This document shows, in pieces, positions 52,036 through 64,000 of a stretch of 64,000 nt of DNA (positions are counted from its first letter, which is position 1; each line of letters starts with the position of its first letter). A program made the position numbers and the translations under genes. The notes below the pieces were generated by a model that was not told the DNA's origin, did no database searches, and saw only the letters and a list, made by a program, of their open reading frames with translations. Source of the DNA: Callorhinchus milii (Eukaryota); the NCBI RefSeq assembly GCF_018977255.1, contig NW_024704743.1:41852001-41916000 (forward strand), read 5' to 3'.

Positions 52036-52229
52036 TTTCTTAGAATGGAAAAAGGATATGATTATTCACTGTTCAGTGAAAGGTTCCAAGCAACCTGTTA
52101 TCTACATTATTCATTACCTATGTTCTCTGATTCAATGTGAAGATATTTGTAACACTTTATTTCTCTTCCTTCCTCTCCTGAAGTTGCTTTCACATGGTTT
52201 ATCCTTCTACTGGGGTTATTAGTCGATGA

Positions 52230-52465
52230 ACATTCTTCAATGTCTTGCCTAAATGACCTCATTGTCTGTGAGCATTGAGAGTGACTGTCAGTAGGCTATT
52301 TTATTACAGGGCATCGCAGCAAAGCCTAATCCTGTCCTCTCCCAATCTCAGCATCTGTAGAGCTGCCCAGGTGGATAGTGATCAGAAATGGGAAACCTGG
52401 CAGTTGTTTTCCCTTTCTCACCCAAGTGTTGCCCTCGGGTGAGTTCTGCAACTCAGCACAGAAGG
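52230..52465 (-). mobile_element. LF-SINE-like ancient SINE
   Basis: gggcatcgcagcaaagcctaatcctgtcctc...ggatagtgatcagaaatgggaaacctggc...caactcagcacaga. Confidence 0.6.
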
Positions 52466-52479
52466 CAAATGTCTGTTGA

Positions 52480-52950
52480 ACAGCTGATGAGGAAACTCTG
52501 AGGCTTGAAATTAAAGCTGCTTAAAGGCACTAACTAGAGTCCGGGTTCATGAACAAACATGTTCATATATCCAGGGCTTGGAATCCATCATTATTTGTAT
52601 GCAGAGAGGTAAGCAGCTGCATGCTCAAGCTCTGCAATTCTAACTATTAGAACCACCGCTCAATTGGTAAGGATGTGTGTCCGAGTTGTGGATAGGATGA
52701 TGGTGGTAATGCTCTCACACATTTTACCATGAGTTGTGCTGCTCACAGGAAGTTCCTGGTCCCTGCCATCCACTGAATGAGGACTCAAACCTGTTCTTCT
52801 CTGATGCCAAGTGACTATCCTCCTTTGAAGAAGAGGTAAGCAGGATCTAGGCATTGCGTTAGCTCCAAAGTGACGTGCTTGACCATGGAACGTTGGAATC
52901 AAGTCAACCCTCTGTGGCTGTCCATTTCCTGAGGCAGGCTAGTCAAGGTA
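52480..52950 (+). mobile_element. Unclassified LINE ORF C-terminus (CCHC) fragment
   Basis: KDVCPSCG*DDGGNALTHFTMSC; 52820-52940 aligns to 4673-4800. Confidence 0.7.
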
Positions 52951-52967
52951 CTTTGACTACAAGGCAC

Positions 52968-53846
52968 TTTCTTCAGTTGAGTGACCACAAGACCGGTGCC
53001 CTCCTGATTGGCTCCCGTCAGCGCCTCCTCACCTCAGGCGCTGACAGTATCACCATCCACGGCTGCACACTCCACCTTATTAAGACAGTGCGGAACCTTG
53101 GCGTCTTGTTTGACCCTCAACTACACTTTCTACCCCACATCTGTGCCATGACCCGCTCTGCCTTCTCCACCTCTGCAACATTGCTCAGCTCTGCCACTCT
53201 CTCACACCATGGGCCACCGAAATTCTTATACATGCTTTCATTTCATCGAGGCTCGACTATGCAAACTCATTGCTTGTCAGCCTCCTGAACTCCTCTCTCC
53301 ACAGGCTGCAGATCATCCAGACCTCTGCAGCCCGTGTCCTCTGTTGCATCAGGCTCTGCGACCCTATCACCCCCATTCTCGCCCGAATCCATTGGCTTCC
53401 CATCACACAGAAGATACAGTTCAAGATCCTGGTTCTCACCTTCAAAGCCCTTCATGGTCTTGCTCCCCCCTAACTCTGCAACCTCCTAACCCCCTACCAT
53501 CCTGCTCACTCCCTCCGCTCAGCAGGCTCCGGCCTGCTTCACGTTCCCTGCTCGCTCACCCCACTATTGGTGGGCGGGTCTTCTTCCACTCTGCCACTGC
53601 CCTTTGGAACTCCATCCTGCAGTCCCTCTGCCTTGGCCCTCCCTTGCCACCTTCAACACTCATCTCAAGACCCTCCTCTTCAACCACGCTTTCATTCTCC
53701 CTGCTTCCCCCACCCCCCTCGCCCTCCACCCTCGCCGACACCGAACCCCAGCTCGAGTCCATAACTGTCTGTCCAGTACCTTGGAATATCCTCCCGACCT
53801 GAAAGGTGCTTTACAAATGTAATTTTATTGTTGTTGTTGTGGTTGT
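52968..53846 (+). mobile_element. L2 LINE, 3' ~880 bp
   Basis: KTGALLIGSRQRL...VRNLGVLFDPQLHF; LQIIQTSAAR...ITPILARIHWLPITQKIQFKILVLTFKALHGLAP; (TTG)n tail. Confidence 0.95.
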
Positions 53847-54859
53847 TTGTGACACACTTGAACTGTAAGTGTAGTGGAATCTATACATGTGTATAAAATT
53901 AACAAGTATCAAACAAGACTTGAGATACGTAGAATTTGTTAGCTGCAATGAAAATTATTTGCCTACAAAAATACAGTCATAACATTTTACATTAAATCCT
54001 GTGAATGCCTTGAGACATCCTCCCATAATGAAAGACGCTGTATCAAATGCAAGGATTATTAAGGTTATTGTTATATATACAGTCTACTTGAACTGTTTTT
54101 GATATTGAAAAGTGTATCTCTTGTCTCTTTCTCATGGGTCTCCGAAGCAGACAACTCTCCTTAAGTTAGAATGACTTGCGAAAATGGTTACAGCCCAATA
54201 ATCCGAACGTGGGTAAGAGTTAGAGAAACATTTATCTTTACAATGCTGTTTGGCTTCGGTGTTGGGGCACAGGATGAGGCTCATAGAGAGAACAATCTTC
54301 AAAGATGCCATAGCCACTGTACATAGGAGCTATTGAAAAATAAAGTGGTCCTCTCAAAATGAATTTAGATGACTTCAGTACTTTTTTGCCACTACTGATA
54401 ACCAAACTACAGCAGTTCTGCTTGCTCTTCACCTGGCAGTTAAAGCATTCAAGATACTATTTGAAAATAAAATGGAGTTTCTCCTGTTTTTTTGGCCAAG
54501 AATCCCCCAGGTTAATTTGTCATATACCTAGTCCTTTTTATTTGTGGGACCTTGGCTTCTACATTTGCCCAGATAAACAGTCACTACACTCAACAGTAAT
54601 TAGAGTAAAGTATATTGAGGTATTCCATCCAATGTGATATGTGACTTGAAAAACATAAGTACTTTCTTTCTAGTCTAGATTGCTGGCATTTGTAACTAAA
54701 TGTGACATATCAGGTATTGATAGAAGAATTACACTAAGGCAGGAGGAGGCGTACTGTCATGCAAGGTACTTTATATGAGAATTCATTTCTTGTTCAGCTG
54801 CCAGTTAAAGAGGTGAAGAGAGGATATTCTACTTCATCTTTCTAAAAGGAAGCAGAGGG

Positions 54860-55120
54860 AAGTGTCAAAGGAGAAGATATTGAGGTCAAATTTGCAGCCT
54901 GTGATATTTATCACATTAAATGACCCGTAGATGAATTCACTGACACTCTTCTCAATGGTGAAGTGTACTAAGCCAGATTGTTGGGGTCTGTCTCACAGAC
55001 TGTTGGCTTCCACTAACCATTTAGCAGGATATCAACACTTTAGCAAACAAAATGTTTTGAAAACAGTAGTGAAGGCAGTAATCTGGTCAACGGACATCCA
55101 GTGCCACTGAGCTGGCTTCA
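54860..55120 (-). mobile_element. Possible ancient tRNA-headed SINE relic
   Basis: Minus-strand gccagctcagtggc A-box-like start at about 55116; family not identified. Confidence 0.3.
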
Positions 55121-56254
55121 CAGAATTCACCACTGAGACTGGTGTTGGAGGAAGAAGGAACAACAACAAAATTACATTTATAGAGCGCCTTTCACATCGG
55201 GAAGACCTGTGTCCACCCAATTTGACATAATAAACACCACAACTACCATAAGTTAAACCTTAATATTTCATGTAAAATGTTGTAAGCTTGACTCGCATTC
55301 CTGAGGCCACACAATCACTGCTGGACATGTTATTTTACCCGTCAATTTGATTAATGTAATTTTAAAATACAACCATTTCTGAAAACTGGGTCAAATCATG
55401 GTTATCCCAGTACACCACAGCACATCATTCATATATTCTATTTAAGCTACACCTGACACAAGTACACTCACCCAGCTAAGTCAATTTATCCTATCCTGGT
55501 GAATGCTGCACCTGTACTTTTTTTCTCTATTACATCAACAGGTCAATTATAAACCATACTTCACCAATCTCTAATATAGTTGATAACTCTCTTTTCTCAC
55601 AGTGATTCCAATTTCTCCACCTGCTACAGTTATGGGTGATATTTTGCAGCACCTAAGGCACACTCATCTTGGGAACCTTGATGTATTCCTATAACCTGTG
55701 TCCATCTGTTGTATTCCACCAAGCTATCAGCAGTTAAAGGCATATGGCAACACACATTAGGGTCTAACTTGTGGTCTAAATTAAGATTTTTTTTAAGTAT
55801 TGAATATATGCTCTGGAGGCGATTCTACTCTCAATGCCATCATCCTGAAAACAGGATTTATATTCAGATCCCAGATGGTGGCTTTCATGGCAGGTCATGG
55901 TTTACAAAATAGCATATTTATTAAGATGTCAATCGTTAAAACTAGCTTATGATAGTATAGCTGCAATTTGCATAATTAGACATAGTATATTAACCTAGCT
56001 GATAACATTGCATTGAATTTCATCTTGTCCAGCCTGGAGCTGAACTAAAAACGTTAAATATCTCATACCTATCAGGGCTGCCATTTGATCACTTTGATAG
56101 CTAAATTGTGACTGTGGATTTTTAATTCTTATCTCTTTAGGTGCTCCAATATACACAAAGACACAAACCTAAATGCTGACCTATTTCTCCTACATATATA
56201 TACAAATTAAATCCAATTTCATGTTTGGCTTTGGTTTAGTTGTAATGGGTCAGT

Positions 56255-56352
56255 ATTAGAGCGCGGGTCCTGACCCCTGACTGTCCAGCGCCTGGGACAT
56301 CCTCCCGACATGAAAGCGGCTCTATGAATGTGATTTTGTTGTTTTTGTTGTG
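56255..56352 (+). mobile_element. L2 3' tail
   Basis: cagcgcctgggacatcctcccgacatgaaagcggctc...ttgttgtt. Confidence 0.8.
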
Positions 56353-56374
56353 TAGAGCCACTGCTCTTTTTGAT

Positions 56375-57285
56375 ATACAGAAATGACCTGGACTTGCATA
56401 TAGAGAGCAAAATTTTAAAGTTATCAGGTGACACAAAACTTGGGAATATAGGAAATAGTGAGGAGGATGGCAGCAGTCTGGTTAAATAGACAGACCCATT
56501 GCAGATGAATTTTAATGTAGAGAAGTGGGAGGTGATGCATTTTGGGAGGAAGAATGAGGAGAGGCAATATACAATTACTGGTACCGTTTTAAAGGGGGTA
56601 AAGGAGCAGAGAGACCTGGAGGTTCACCTACACAAGTCTTTGAAGGTGGCAAGATAGGTTGATAGAGCTGTTAAAGAAGCATATAAGATCCTTAGCTTCA
56701 TAAATAGAGGCATAGAATACAAAAGCAAGGACTTCTGCTAGACCTTTATAAGTGTTAGGCCTCAGCTGGATTATTTTGTCCAATCCTGGGCACCACACTT
56801 TGGGAAAGATATCAAGACCTTGAAGAGAATGCCATGGATGAGGAGCTTAGGTTATGTGAAGAGATTAAAGAAACTGGGTTTGTTCTCTTTGAAGCAGAGA
56901 AGGTTAAGGGGAGATTTCATAGAGATGTTCAAAATTATGATAGGTTTTGATGGAGTAGCTAAGGAGAAACTGTTTCCACTGGAAGGTAGGTCAGTAACCA
57001 GACAATTCAAGATAGTGGCCAAAGAATCAGAGGGGAGATGAAGATATTTTTTTTTACGCAGTGGGTAGTTATGGTCTAGGAGGCACTGCTGAAATGGATG
57101 GTGGAAACAGATTCAATAGCAAATTGCAAAAGGGAATTGGATAGGTACTTGAAGAGGAAGAATTTGCTTGGATATGGGAAATGAGTGGGGAAGTGGGACT
57201 GATTGGGTGTTCTTCCAAAGAGCGGGCACAGGCACGATGGGCCAAATGGTCTCCTCCTGTGCTGTAATATACTATGATTCTATGA
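56375..57285 (+). mobile_element. CR1 (HER1-like) LINE, 3' ~900 bp
   Basis: GDTKLG, MNFNVEKWEVMHFG, EQRDL, RPQLDYFVQSWAP, LGLFSLKQRRLRGDFIEMFKIM; ends ctatgattctatga. Confidence 0.95.
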
Positions 57286-57380
57286 AAGGTCATCAACCTG
57301 AACAGTTTACTAACTTTCCTCTCTCCATAGATGTTGCCTGACCTGCTGAGTGTTCCCAGTAACTTCTGTTTTTATTTTAA
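57283..57380 (+). mobile_element. Penelope-like pLTR fragment
   Basis: tgaaaggtcatcaacctgaa...ctctctccatagatgttgcctgacctgctgagtgttcccag, same family as 12848-13063. Confidence 0.75.
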
Positions 57381-57489
57381 AACCTTTTTGACTGTTCCTT
57401 TGGTGATTTTTCCCCTCCTCACCTTTTTCAGATCCCCCTACCCCAGCTCGGGTCCTAGCTAACAGTATGAAGCGCTATGAGATGTCTTC

Positions 57490-58525
57490 TTCGAGGATGG
57501 CTTCTCCTCCCACTTCCATACTATTCCTCAGGGATCTATCCTCGGTTTTCTCCTCTTCAATAGTTACGTAGTCCCCTCGGTGATCTTTTCCACAGACATG
57601 GGATTAACTTACGTGTGAATATAGATGACACCCAATTCTATCTCTCTGATTCCATCCTCGATTCCAGGCTCACTGCTGTTTTGACCAATTGCCTGTCAGA
57701 TGTCAAATCCTGGATGAGAGTTAACTTTCTCCAGTTGAATGTCAACAAGACAAAAGCTCTCCTGCTTGGCCCTGTCATTGTCTTCCAACCTCAGGCATTA
57801 ACAGCATCAATCTTCACCTCACACAGCCAGTGTGCAAACCTGATGTCTTGTTCAACTCTCAACTGTCTTTTAAACCCATCATCGATACTCTGACCCATTT
57901 AGCTTTCACCCACCTGCATAATACTGCCCACCTCTGCCACTACCTCTCAACTCAGAGACCCTTATTCAACCATTCATCACTTTCAGGTTAGACTACATCA
58001 ACTCTCTGCTTGTTGGACTTCCCAATTCTTCCCTCCACAAGCTGCAGACCATTCAGAATTCTACAACTCATTCCCCCACTCGCACTGTGTGTCTATCACT
58101 TCCATCCTCAAATGACTCCGCTGGCTCCCCATCCCCTAGAACATTGAGTTCAAGATATTCATCCTCATTTTTAAACCATACACAGTCTTGCCCCTCCCTA
58201 ACTCTGACTTTCTTAATCCCGAGTAACCTGCCCCTTCCCTTGGCAAGCACTGGCTTGTTTCTTGTCCCACATCCTGTTGGCCCCACCATCAGTGGTTCAG
58301 CCTTTTTGCTCTCACTCTCCAGAACTGCATCCCTGAATCCCTTCACCACACACCTTCCCCTGCTTCCTTCAAGGTCAGTCTCACTACCTTCCTCTTTAAC
58401 CTTCAGTCATTCCCCACTCCTCCCGAATCTAACTCCAAGCTCAGGTGAAAACCTTTGACTCTTAAGCACCTTGGGATGTCCTCGCAATGTGGAATTGACT
58501 ATAGAAGTACAATTTGTTGTTGTTT
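57490..58525 (+). mobile_element. L2 LINE 3' fragment including RT core remnant
   Basis: PQGS (cctcagggatct), IDDTQFYLS...CLSDVKSWMRVNFLQLNVNKTKALLLG; L2 tail. Confidence 0.92.
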
Positions 58526-59114
58526 TCCTGGAGTGAAAAGTGCTATATAATATTCTATTGACATCCTGTAACATGTAGGAGTGAAAACAGGTTCACCCAC
58601 AACGTTACAATTGTATTACCAATTTATGTACTTGCAGAAGAGAATAAACACACTGTTTTAGTCTCAGTTCAAACAGTAAAAGACCTTGTGAACAAGTCTT
58701 CTTTTCAAACATTATGGGTATATAAATACTTGCAAGTACTCCAGACACATTATAATCATTTTTTGCTTGACTCAGTAACGTTGGCTCAGCAATTTAACAG
58801 GATTAATAAATTAGTCTATTTCAGGCTATTAGAATCTTCTGTTATACACCAACAAGCTTTATGTAGATGAATAAATCGCTAATGAACATCCAGTTTTATA
58901 CTATAAAAACTTGGGCACAAATTTTCAATTGTCAGAAATGGTGCTGACAGTGGAGAGCAACCAACTAGAGCAGTGCAGCATGTTCCAACACCTGCATCTA
59001 TTGGGGATGGAGATTACAAGAATCCAACACCTGCTTTTGGCATCATAAATGGGTTATGGAGGTTATTGGCAATAAGTCCTTTAAAAAGAAACAGGAATTC
59101 ACTATATTAAAGAG

Positions 59115-59222
59115 CATAATTTCCATGTAAAGATGGGATGCATGAAATCTCAGCTTGGTTTGCATATTCTCAAACGTGGTGATGGGTTTCCGCAAATGTC
59201 AGACACCCGGCTGACCAAAAAA
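59115..59222 (+). mobile_element. 3' end copy of the 4673-5270 retroposon
   Basis: gggatgcatg...ctcagcttggtttg...gtgatggg...tgtcagacacccggctgaccaaaaaa. Confidence 0.85.
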
Positions 59223-59264
59223 CGATTCCTTCAGCCCACCTGTAAATATATATCATTTATATAA

Positions 59265-60045
59265 CAGTGTCTGAGGAATGTGAGGTTCCATAAGACTGAA
59301 TTGATGAACTGTATCAAGTTGTAGCAGACAATCTGATTTGTGATAAAAACTGCTCTTCCCATGACTGTAAAGATCACAGCTGCCCTGAACTTATTATTGA
59401 CACTGGATCATTCCAATACTGATTGTGGGTGAGCATTCTTCTCAAAGCTTTATTCAGAGACCACACCCACAAGCATTCAAAATGTGACCGATGTTCCTCC
59501 AGCCAGATTATGGGTTCATCGTCTTCCGCAGAGATTCAGAGCAACAGTTCCAGACACATCAACAATTCTGTATTACTGTTGCTTCTCCTAAAGTTTTATG
59601 AGAAGAGAGGATACTGACTACATGTACACATGTACCAGTCAATCCTATGGTCCCCTGCAAGCACAAAGGCTTCCATTTAATCACTGTGCAGGTGACCTGT
59701 AATACACGAACAATGCTCAATACATCGTGTCAATGCTCAATAATCAGGATAAAATATGATTCCTTCACCCTTAGAGAGTTGTCTGTCTATTGATTTTGGA
59801 AGTGTCAACACATTCCAAAGTTGATTGCAAGGGATTTTGGGCCACAGGCATGGGTTCTCACCTCCTTTAATTCAATCATATATTTCATATATATCATATA
59901 TATATTAATTAGTCAGACACACAGGATTATAAATGCCGTCATAGAGAAAGCAAACAAGCATTGACCATGATAGGGATTTACTGTATGAGACAGCTAAAGA
60001 ATGATGGTATAATTGCAGAATTTCAGTTTCTGGAATGCTCCATCG
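59265..60045 (+). mobile_element. PIF/Harbinger transposase fossil
   Basis: Collinear frameshifted motifs QCLRNVRF, TALPMTVKITAALN, TGSFQ, CTHV, KGFHLITVQVTC, characteristic of Harbinger/HARBI1-like DDE transposases. Confidence 0.8.
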
Positions 60046-60237
60046 CAGACAAACAAATAACATTGATTCACCAAGGCCATGGCTGAAAAGGAATCCAACT
60101 ACTGCCCATAGCTGAACTAGTAAGTGTCTACTTGAGGGGCAATCCAATTAACACGCGCATCATCTGAGGAATCCTACACTACCTGATGCATTTGACCAGA
60201 TGAATAATATCAGCATTGCATCTGGAGGTCATATTTA

Positions 60238-60375
60238 ATAATCCTTGCATTTGGAATAGCACAATTCACATTGGACGGATGTCCCAAAATACTTCACAGA
60301 ATTTACTGTGAAGTGGAGTAGCCTAGTATTTGGAGGCCAATTGGGCACAGCAATGTCCCACAAACAGCCATGAAA
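60238..60375 (-). mobile_element. Deu SINE 3' fragment
   Basis: aataatccttgcatttgg...ccaattgggcacagcaatgtcccacaaacagcc. Confidence 0.75.
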
Positions 60376-62655
60376 ATCCAAAGAATGCTGGACGGTGGAG
60401 TATTCATGTCAGAAGCATCTCAAAATATTAATTCTCTACATCAGGTCGAACACCAAAAAAAAGTGCTTTAAACCTATTCAGGTTAGGCATCTCCTCATAC
60501 AGAACCTGTATTTCTAAATTTATTGAAACCCTCCCTCATTGTAGAATGTATTCTTTTCCAAGAAAATCTAGTGCATAAAGTTGCCCTCGTAGGATATCTC
60601 ATGAATACCAAGTATGTATAGTGTTGTCTCATTCTCATGATTATCAAGTATTTATAGTGCCTGTGATATGGAGGCATCCATTACATGTACCATGTTGGAT
60701 GATGTTCCCCTTAATCTTGGATTGTTCTGTCATCACCATTTTCTGCATGTTAGAGATGGAGATGGAGTTCTCCTCTCTAAGAGATAGGCATTAATCTCAA
60801 ACATTGAGATTTTTATTTAAAAAATGAAAGTATTGAGGCCTGTGAAGGAGATCTATCTTGCTCAGTTTTTCATCTACTATAACTTGCATGGTGGCCATCA
60901 TTCTGCACGCTTAGAATGGAGGCCTATTGATCTCTCTATCTATCTCTGCATCTATCACTCCCTCTCTTTGGGTTTTGGGTATATGATGCCTATTTAACTG
61001 ACTTCAAACCATCTTTAACTATTCATTTAGACTCGCAGACCTCAAGAAACAACATCTTAAAAGCACAGGCAACATATGTGTACTATTGCATATCGATGGG
61101 ATTGCAGGTTATAAGACAACGTATAAGTATGTTGACCTATGTTCCTTATACCCCCAATCTCATCCATAACTAAATATTTGTTCACCATTTTCATCTCCTT
61201 TTGTTACGTTTGTCCCACATTCAGCAAAAAAAGCTACATTTCTTGCTAACCTCCCCATCTTTCTTGAGGTGTGTTAACTAAAAAAATGTATAATCTTTTA
61301 TTTTGTGCTCACAGACCCATTTGTGAAGTCTAGGATCAAACAGCAAGTTGGATTTGTGGTAAAAAGTGCTGATGATAGAACAGCCAAACTGTCATTCACA
61401 GGATTAAGAAGGGTGGATTAAGGGGGGCAGAACAGGTGCAATAACAGGAATGTCGATTTTGATGTAGCCTTTTAGGTATATTGTTTTCTTTTCCAAATAA
61501 TCATATAGAGGCAATATATCATGAACTATTCAAAATGTAAGTAGATACCATAATAACAGTCATCAACATACTAGACATTTGAGATTCGATAGGTTGAATA
61601 GTTTCTTCACACTCCACATTTTTCTTCATAAACAATAATTTACACTCACATTTTCTATCCTTTTCTCATCCTTTAAAGAAAGTACAGGAACACGTGTTGT
61701 GCTTAATAACTTAATCCAATCAAGATGGTACTTTTTCTTACAGAAATTGAAAATCCACATTTATTGATCTTTATATACCAGTATTCTGGAATAGTACTTC
61801 TTTTGTACACTAAAGAAATTCATCATCCAATACATTCATATAATCAACTAATTAAATTAAATACAACATTTATGCCGATAATCTTAATTGAAAATCTCCT
61901 ACCTCATTTTGCAAGGTGCAATTATTTTATTCACTGAAATTTGTTCATCAATTTCCTACATCAAAATTAATGTTCCTATTTAATGAATACAAAAAGCTGT
62001 GGCATTTAAATGGGATTAAGGCACCAAAATGCTAAACAGTGTTTTGAGTGAGTTCCTTTGATAACTGGATTGTCTTTTCCAACCTTCATATAAAATTGAT
62101 TCAATTCATGAACATTTCCTGAAATTTGGTAACTTTCATCTCAATTTTATTAAAGCTAGATTTTACCAAAAAATGTCTGTGAATTACTGCATTGCAATGC
62201 ATTATTAAATGCCGTTTTAATTAATCACCTGGTCCATCTTATTTCTCCTGTGACAATCATCCAGCCTCTTGAAACTCAAAGCAGCCCACTAAAAGCCTAT
62301 CATTTCATTCAGCAGTATGTTTCAACCAGTTAACACTTCAACAAAAAGTATTTTTACTTACCAATGTATTTTGTAAAATTGCTATATGTATTCAACAGCT
62401 ATCAAATGTTCAGAGACAAACTGAACACATCAGTGAATGCACATGATGGATGTTACATTTGATGAGCTGTGAGGATTTGCTCCTGAGCATTGGACAAAAC
62501 ATCTGAATTCATCAATTCACAGAGACTTCTTCAAATAGGTCATTGGACCATATGGAGCCTGTTAATCATTTCTAGGTATGCCTGAACTATTCTAATATTT
62601 GTCCACGATTTTCCATTTTCTACCTCGTCCAGAGGTAATGGGGATGAGCTTCAGG

Positions 62656-62683
62656 CCCCCCCCCCCCCCCCCCCCCCCCCCCC
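62656..62683 (+). repeat. C28 homopolymer
   Basis: 28 consecutive C bases. Confidence 0.95.
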
Positions 62684-63654
62684 GCAAAGAAAGGCTACAT
62701 GAAGGATAGTTACATACAGTGAGCTACAGTCATAATTCTCCCATCGTTTGCCAACAAAAAATTACAGTTACTACATGTTACTGTATTTTCAGTGATCACT
62801 TTGAGATATCTTTCCGACATGAAAGAAGCTATATAAAATGTAAGGAATCATACTTCACCCTTCTCTCTTCTGGTTTATAAAGAGGAAAGGTTAAATACCA
62901 AACAAATTCATTCCGTTTTAATAGAAAAAAACATAGAATAAAATGACTCCAAAAAGTAGCAAGAACAGTAGAGTGATTATCTTACATTTGTTGATGCACT
63001 ACATGGAGCAGAATAACAACTGATTTATTCTCAACCAAAATATATATCGTCTTGTCCATTAAAAGAATGCCAACGTTTTCAGAATGATTGTGGTTTGGTG
63101 TATAAAATCATCCATCAAGAGCTTGATCTTGAATTGAAGGAATATGCATTGATGCCATGGCCAGTAAAGATGATGGACTCCATTTATATGTATTACTACT
63201 TAAAGAAGTCAGAATAACAAAATGTTTTGTCATTTAAGTATAACCACAATTGGCGGCTTTTCTTTTAGCTTTTATGCTCCAAATCTCTCTGTTTATTATC
63301 TCTTTGCACGTCTTGAAGTACTCTGAGATGCTAGCCTGTGTGGAGGGCACTATATAAGTGCAAGTTGTTGTTGTTGTTGTCTTCAAATCCGGAAGACTTT
63401 TCTTTTCAACAATCCCTTCAGTTACCTCCCCTACCTTTTCAGCACGACATCAAGTCACCCCATTGTTAAGTGCTCTGAAACGCTACCCGCATGAAGGGTG
63501 CTATATAAACTCAAGTTGTTGTTATTGTATCTCTAGTGCCAAGATTAAAATTTTACACATTTGTGTTTAAGGTTTCCTATCAGATTGTTTTGATGGGTCA
63601 GTATATGTGGTGTTAACTGAACAAGTAACTGGACAAATCTTTCATCTTTGCATT

Positions 63655-63931
63655 AATAATAATAATAATCCTTGCATTTGTTATAACGCTTTTTGCGTCT
63701 TCTCGACGTCTCAAGGCACTTCACAGAATAAACTGTAAAGTGAATTGACTGTATATTTGTGGGCGAACCGCGGCAGCCAATTGCGCACATAGTGTCCCAA
63801 AAACAGTCATGGATTGAAAATGACCAATTTATTATTGTTTTGTTTTGGAGGGATTATTATTAGGTGTGTGGAGTAAGGAAACTTGCCCAAGGTTTCGCCC
63901 TGCCTGGAATTGAACCAGGTCTCTCACATGC
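63655..63931 (-). mobile_element. Young tRNA-derived Deu SINE lacking its first ~30 nt
   Basis: Near-identical body to the 25968 and 30365 copies; ends in the B-box/anticodon region. Confidence 0.93.
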
Positions 63932-64000
63932 CCGGTTCCTTAATGAAAACATGTCATTATCAGATTTTTTCAATCCTGATCACACTGTTCCTCATCTAGG

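Noticed and set aside
52483..52520. ctgatgaggaaac...gaaa hammerhead-like motif (similar text at 44190)
   Set aside because: No credible stem II; chance occurrence.
53209..53802. 197-aa Pro/Ser-rich ORF and overlapping ORFs
   Set aside because: Off-frame readings of a frameshifted L2 ORF2.
1..64000. CRISPR arrays, operons, rRNA genes or prokaryotic defence systems
   Set aside because: The sequence is vertebrate repeat-rich DNA with no regularly spaced repeat-spacer array, long ORFs or rRNA motifs.

Overview
This is AT-rich, CpG-depleted vertebrate genomic DNA. The repeat families point to a cartilaginous fish, probably a holocephalan such as Callorhinchus; that is an inference from repeats only. 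I could not recognise any intact host protein-coding exon, and the ORF track consists of transposon debris or chance ORFs. The window is dominated by tRNA-derived Deu-domain SINEs with L2-type 3' tails (a younger tRNA-Ala-headed family and an older SacSINE1-like family) plus L2 and CR1 LINE fragments. It also holds an R4/Dong-clade RLE LINE remnant, a Harbinger transposase fossil, LF-SINE-like relics and Penelope-like repeats. The most interesting signals are: (1) a TSD-flanked palindromic Penelope-like insertion carrying a near-intact minimal hammerhead ribozyme core at 12.9 kb; (2) an unclassified poly(A) non-LTR element that can be rebuilt from five scattered copies (CCHC end, 3' region, 10-bp TSD); (3) two candidate bidirectional promoters with ZNF143/SBS-like motifs and divergent splice donors (16.5-16.9 kb and 44.1-44.3 kb), with candidate lncRNA/smORF exons; (4) a SINE/L2 3' stem-loop that occurs with two loop classes. 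Repeat boundaries are approximate (about +/-10-20 nt) unless a TSD is quoted. No database search was run.
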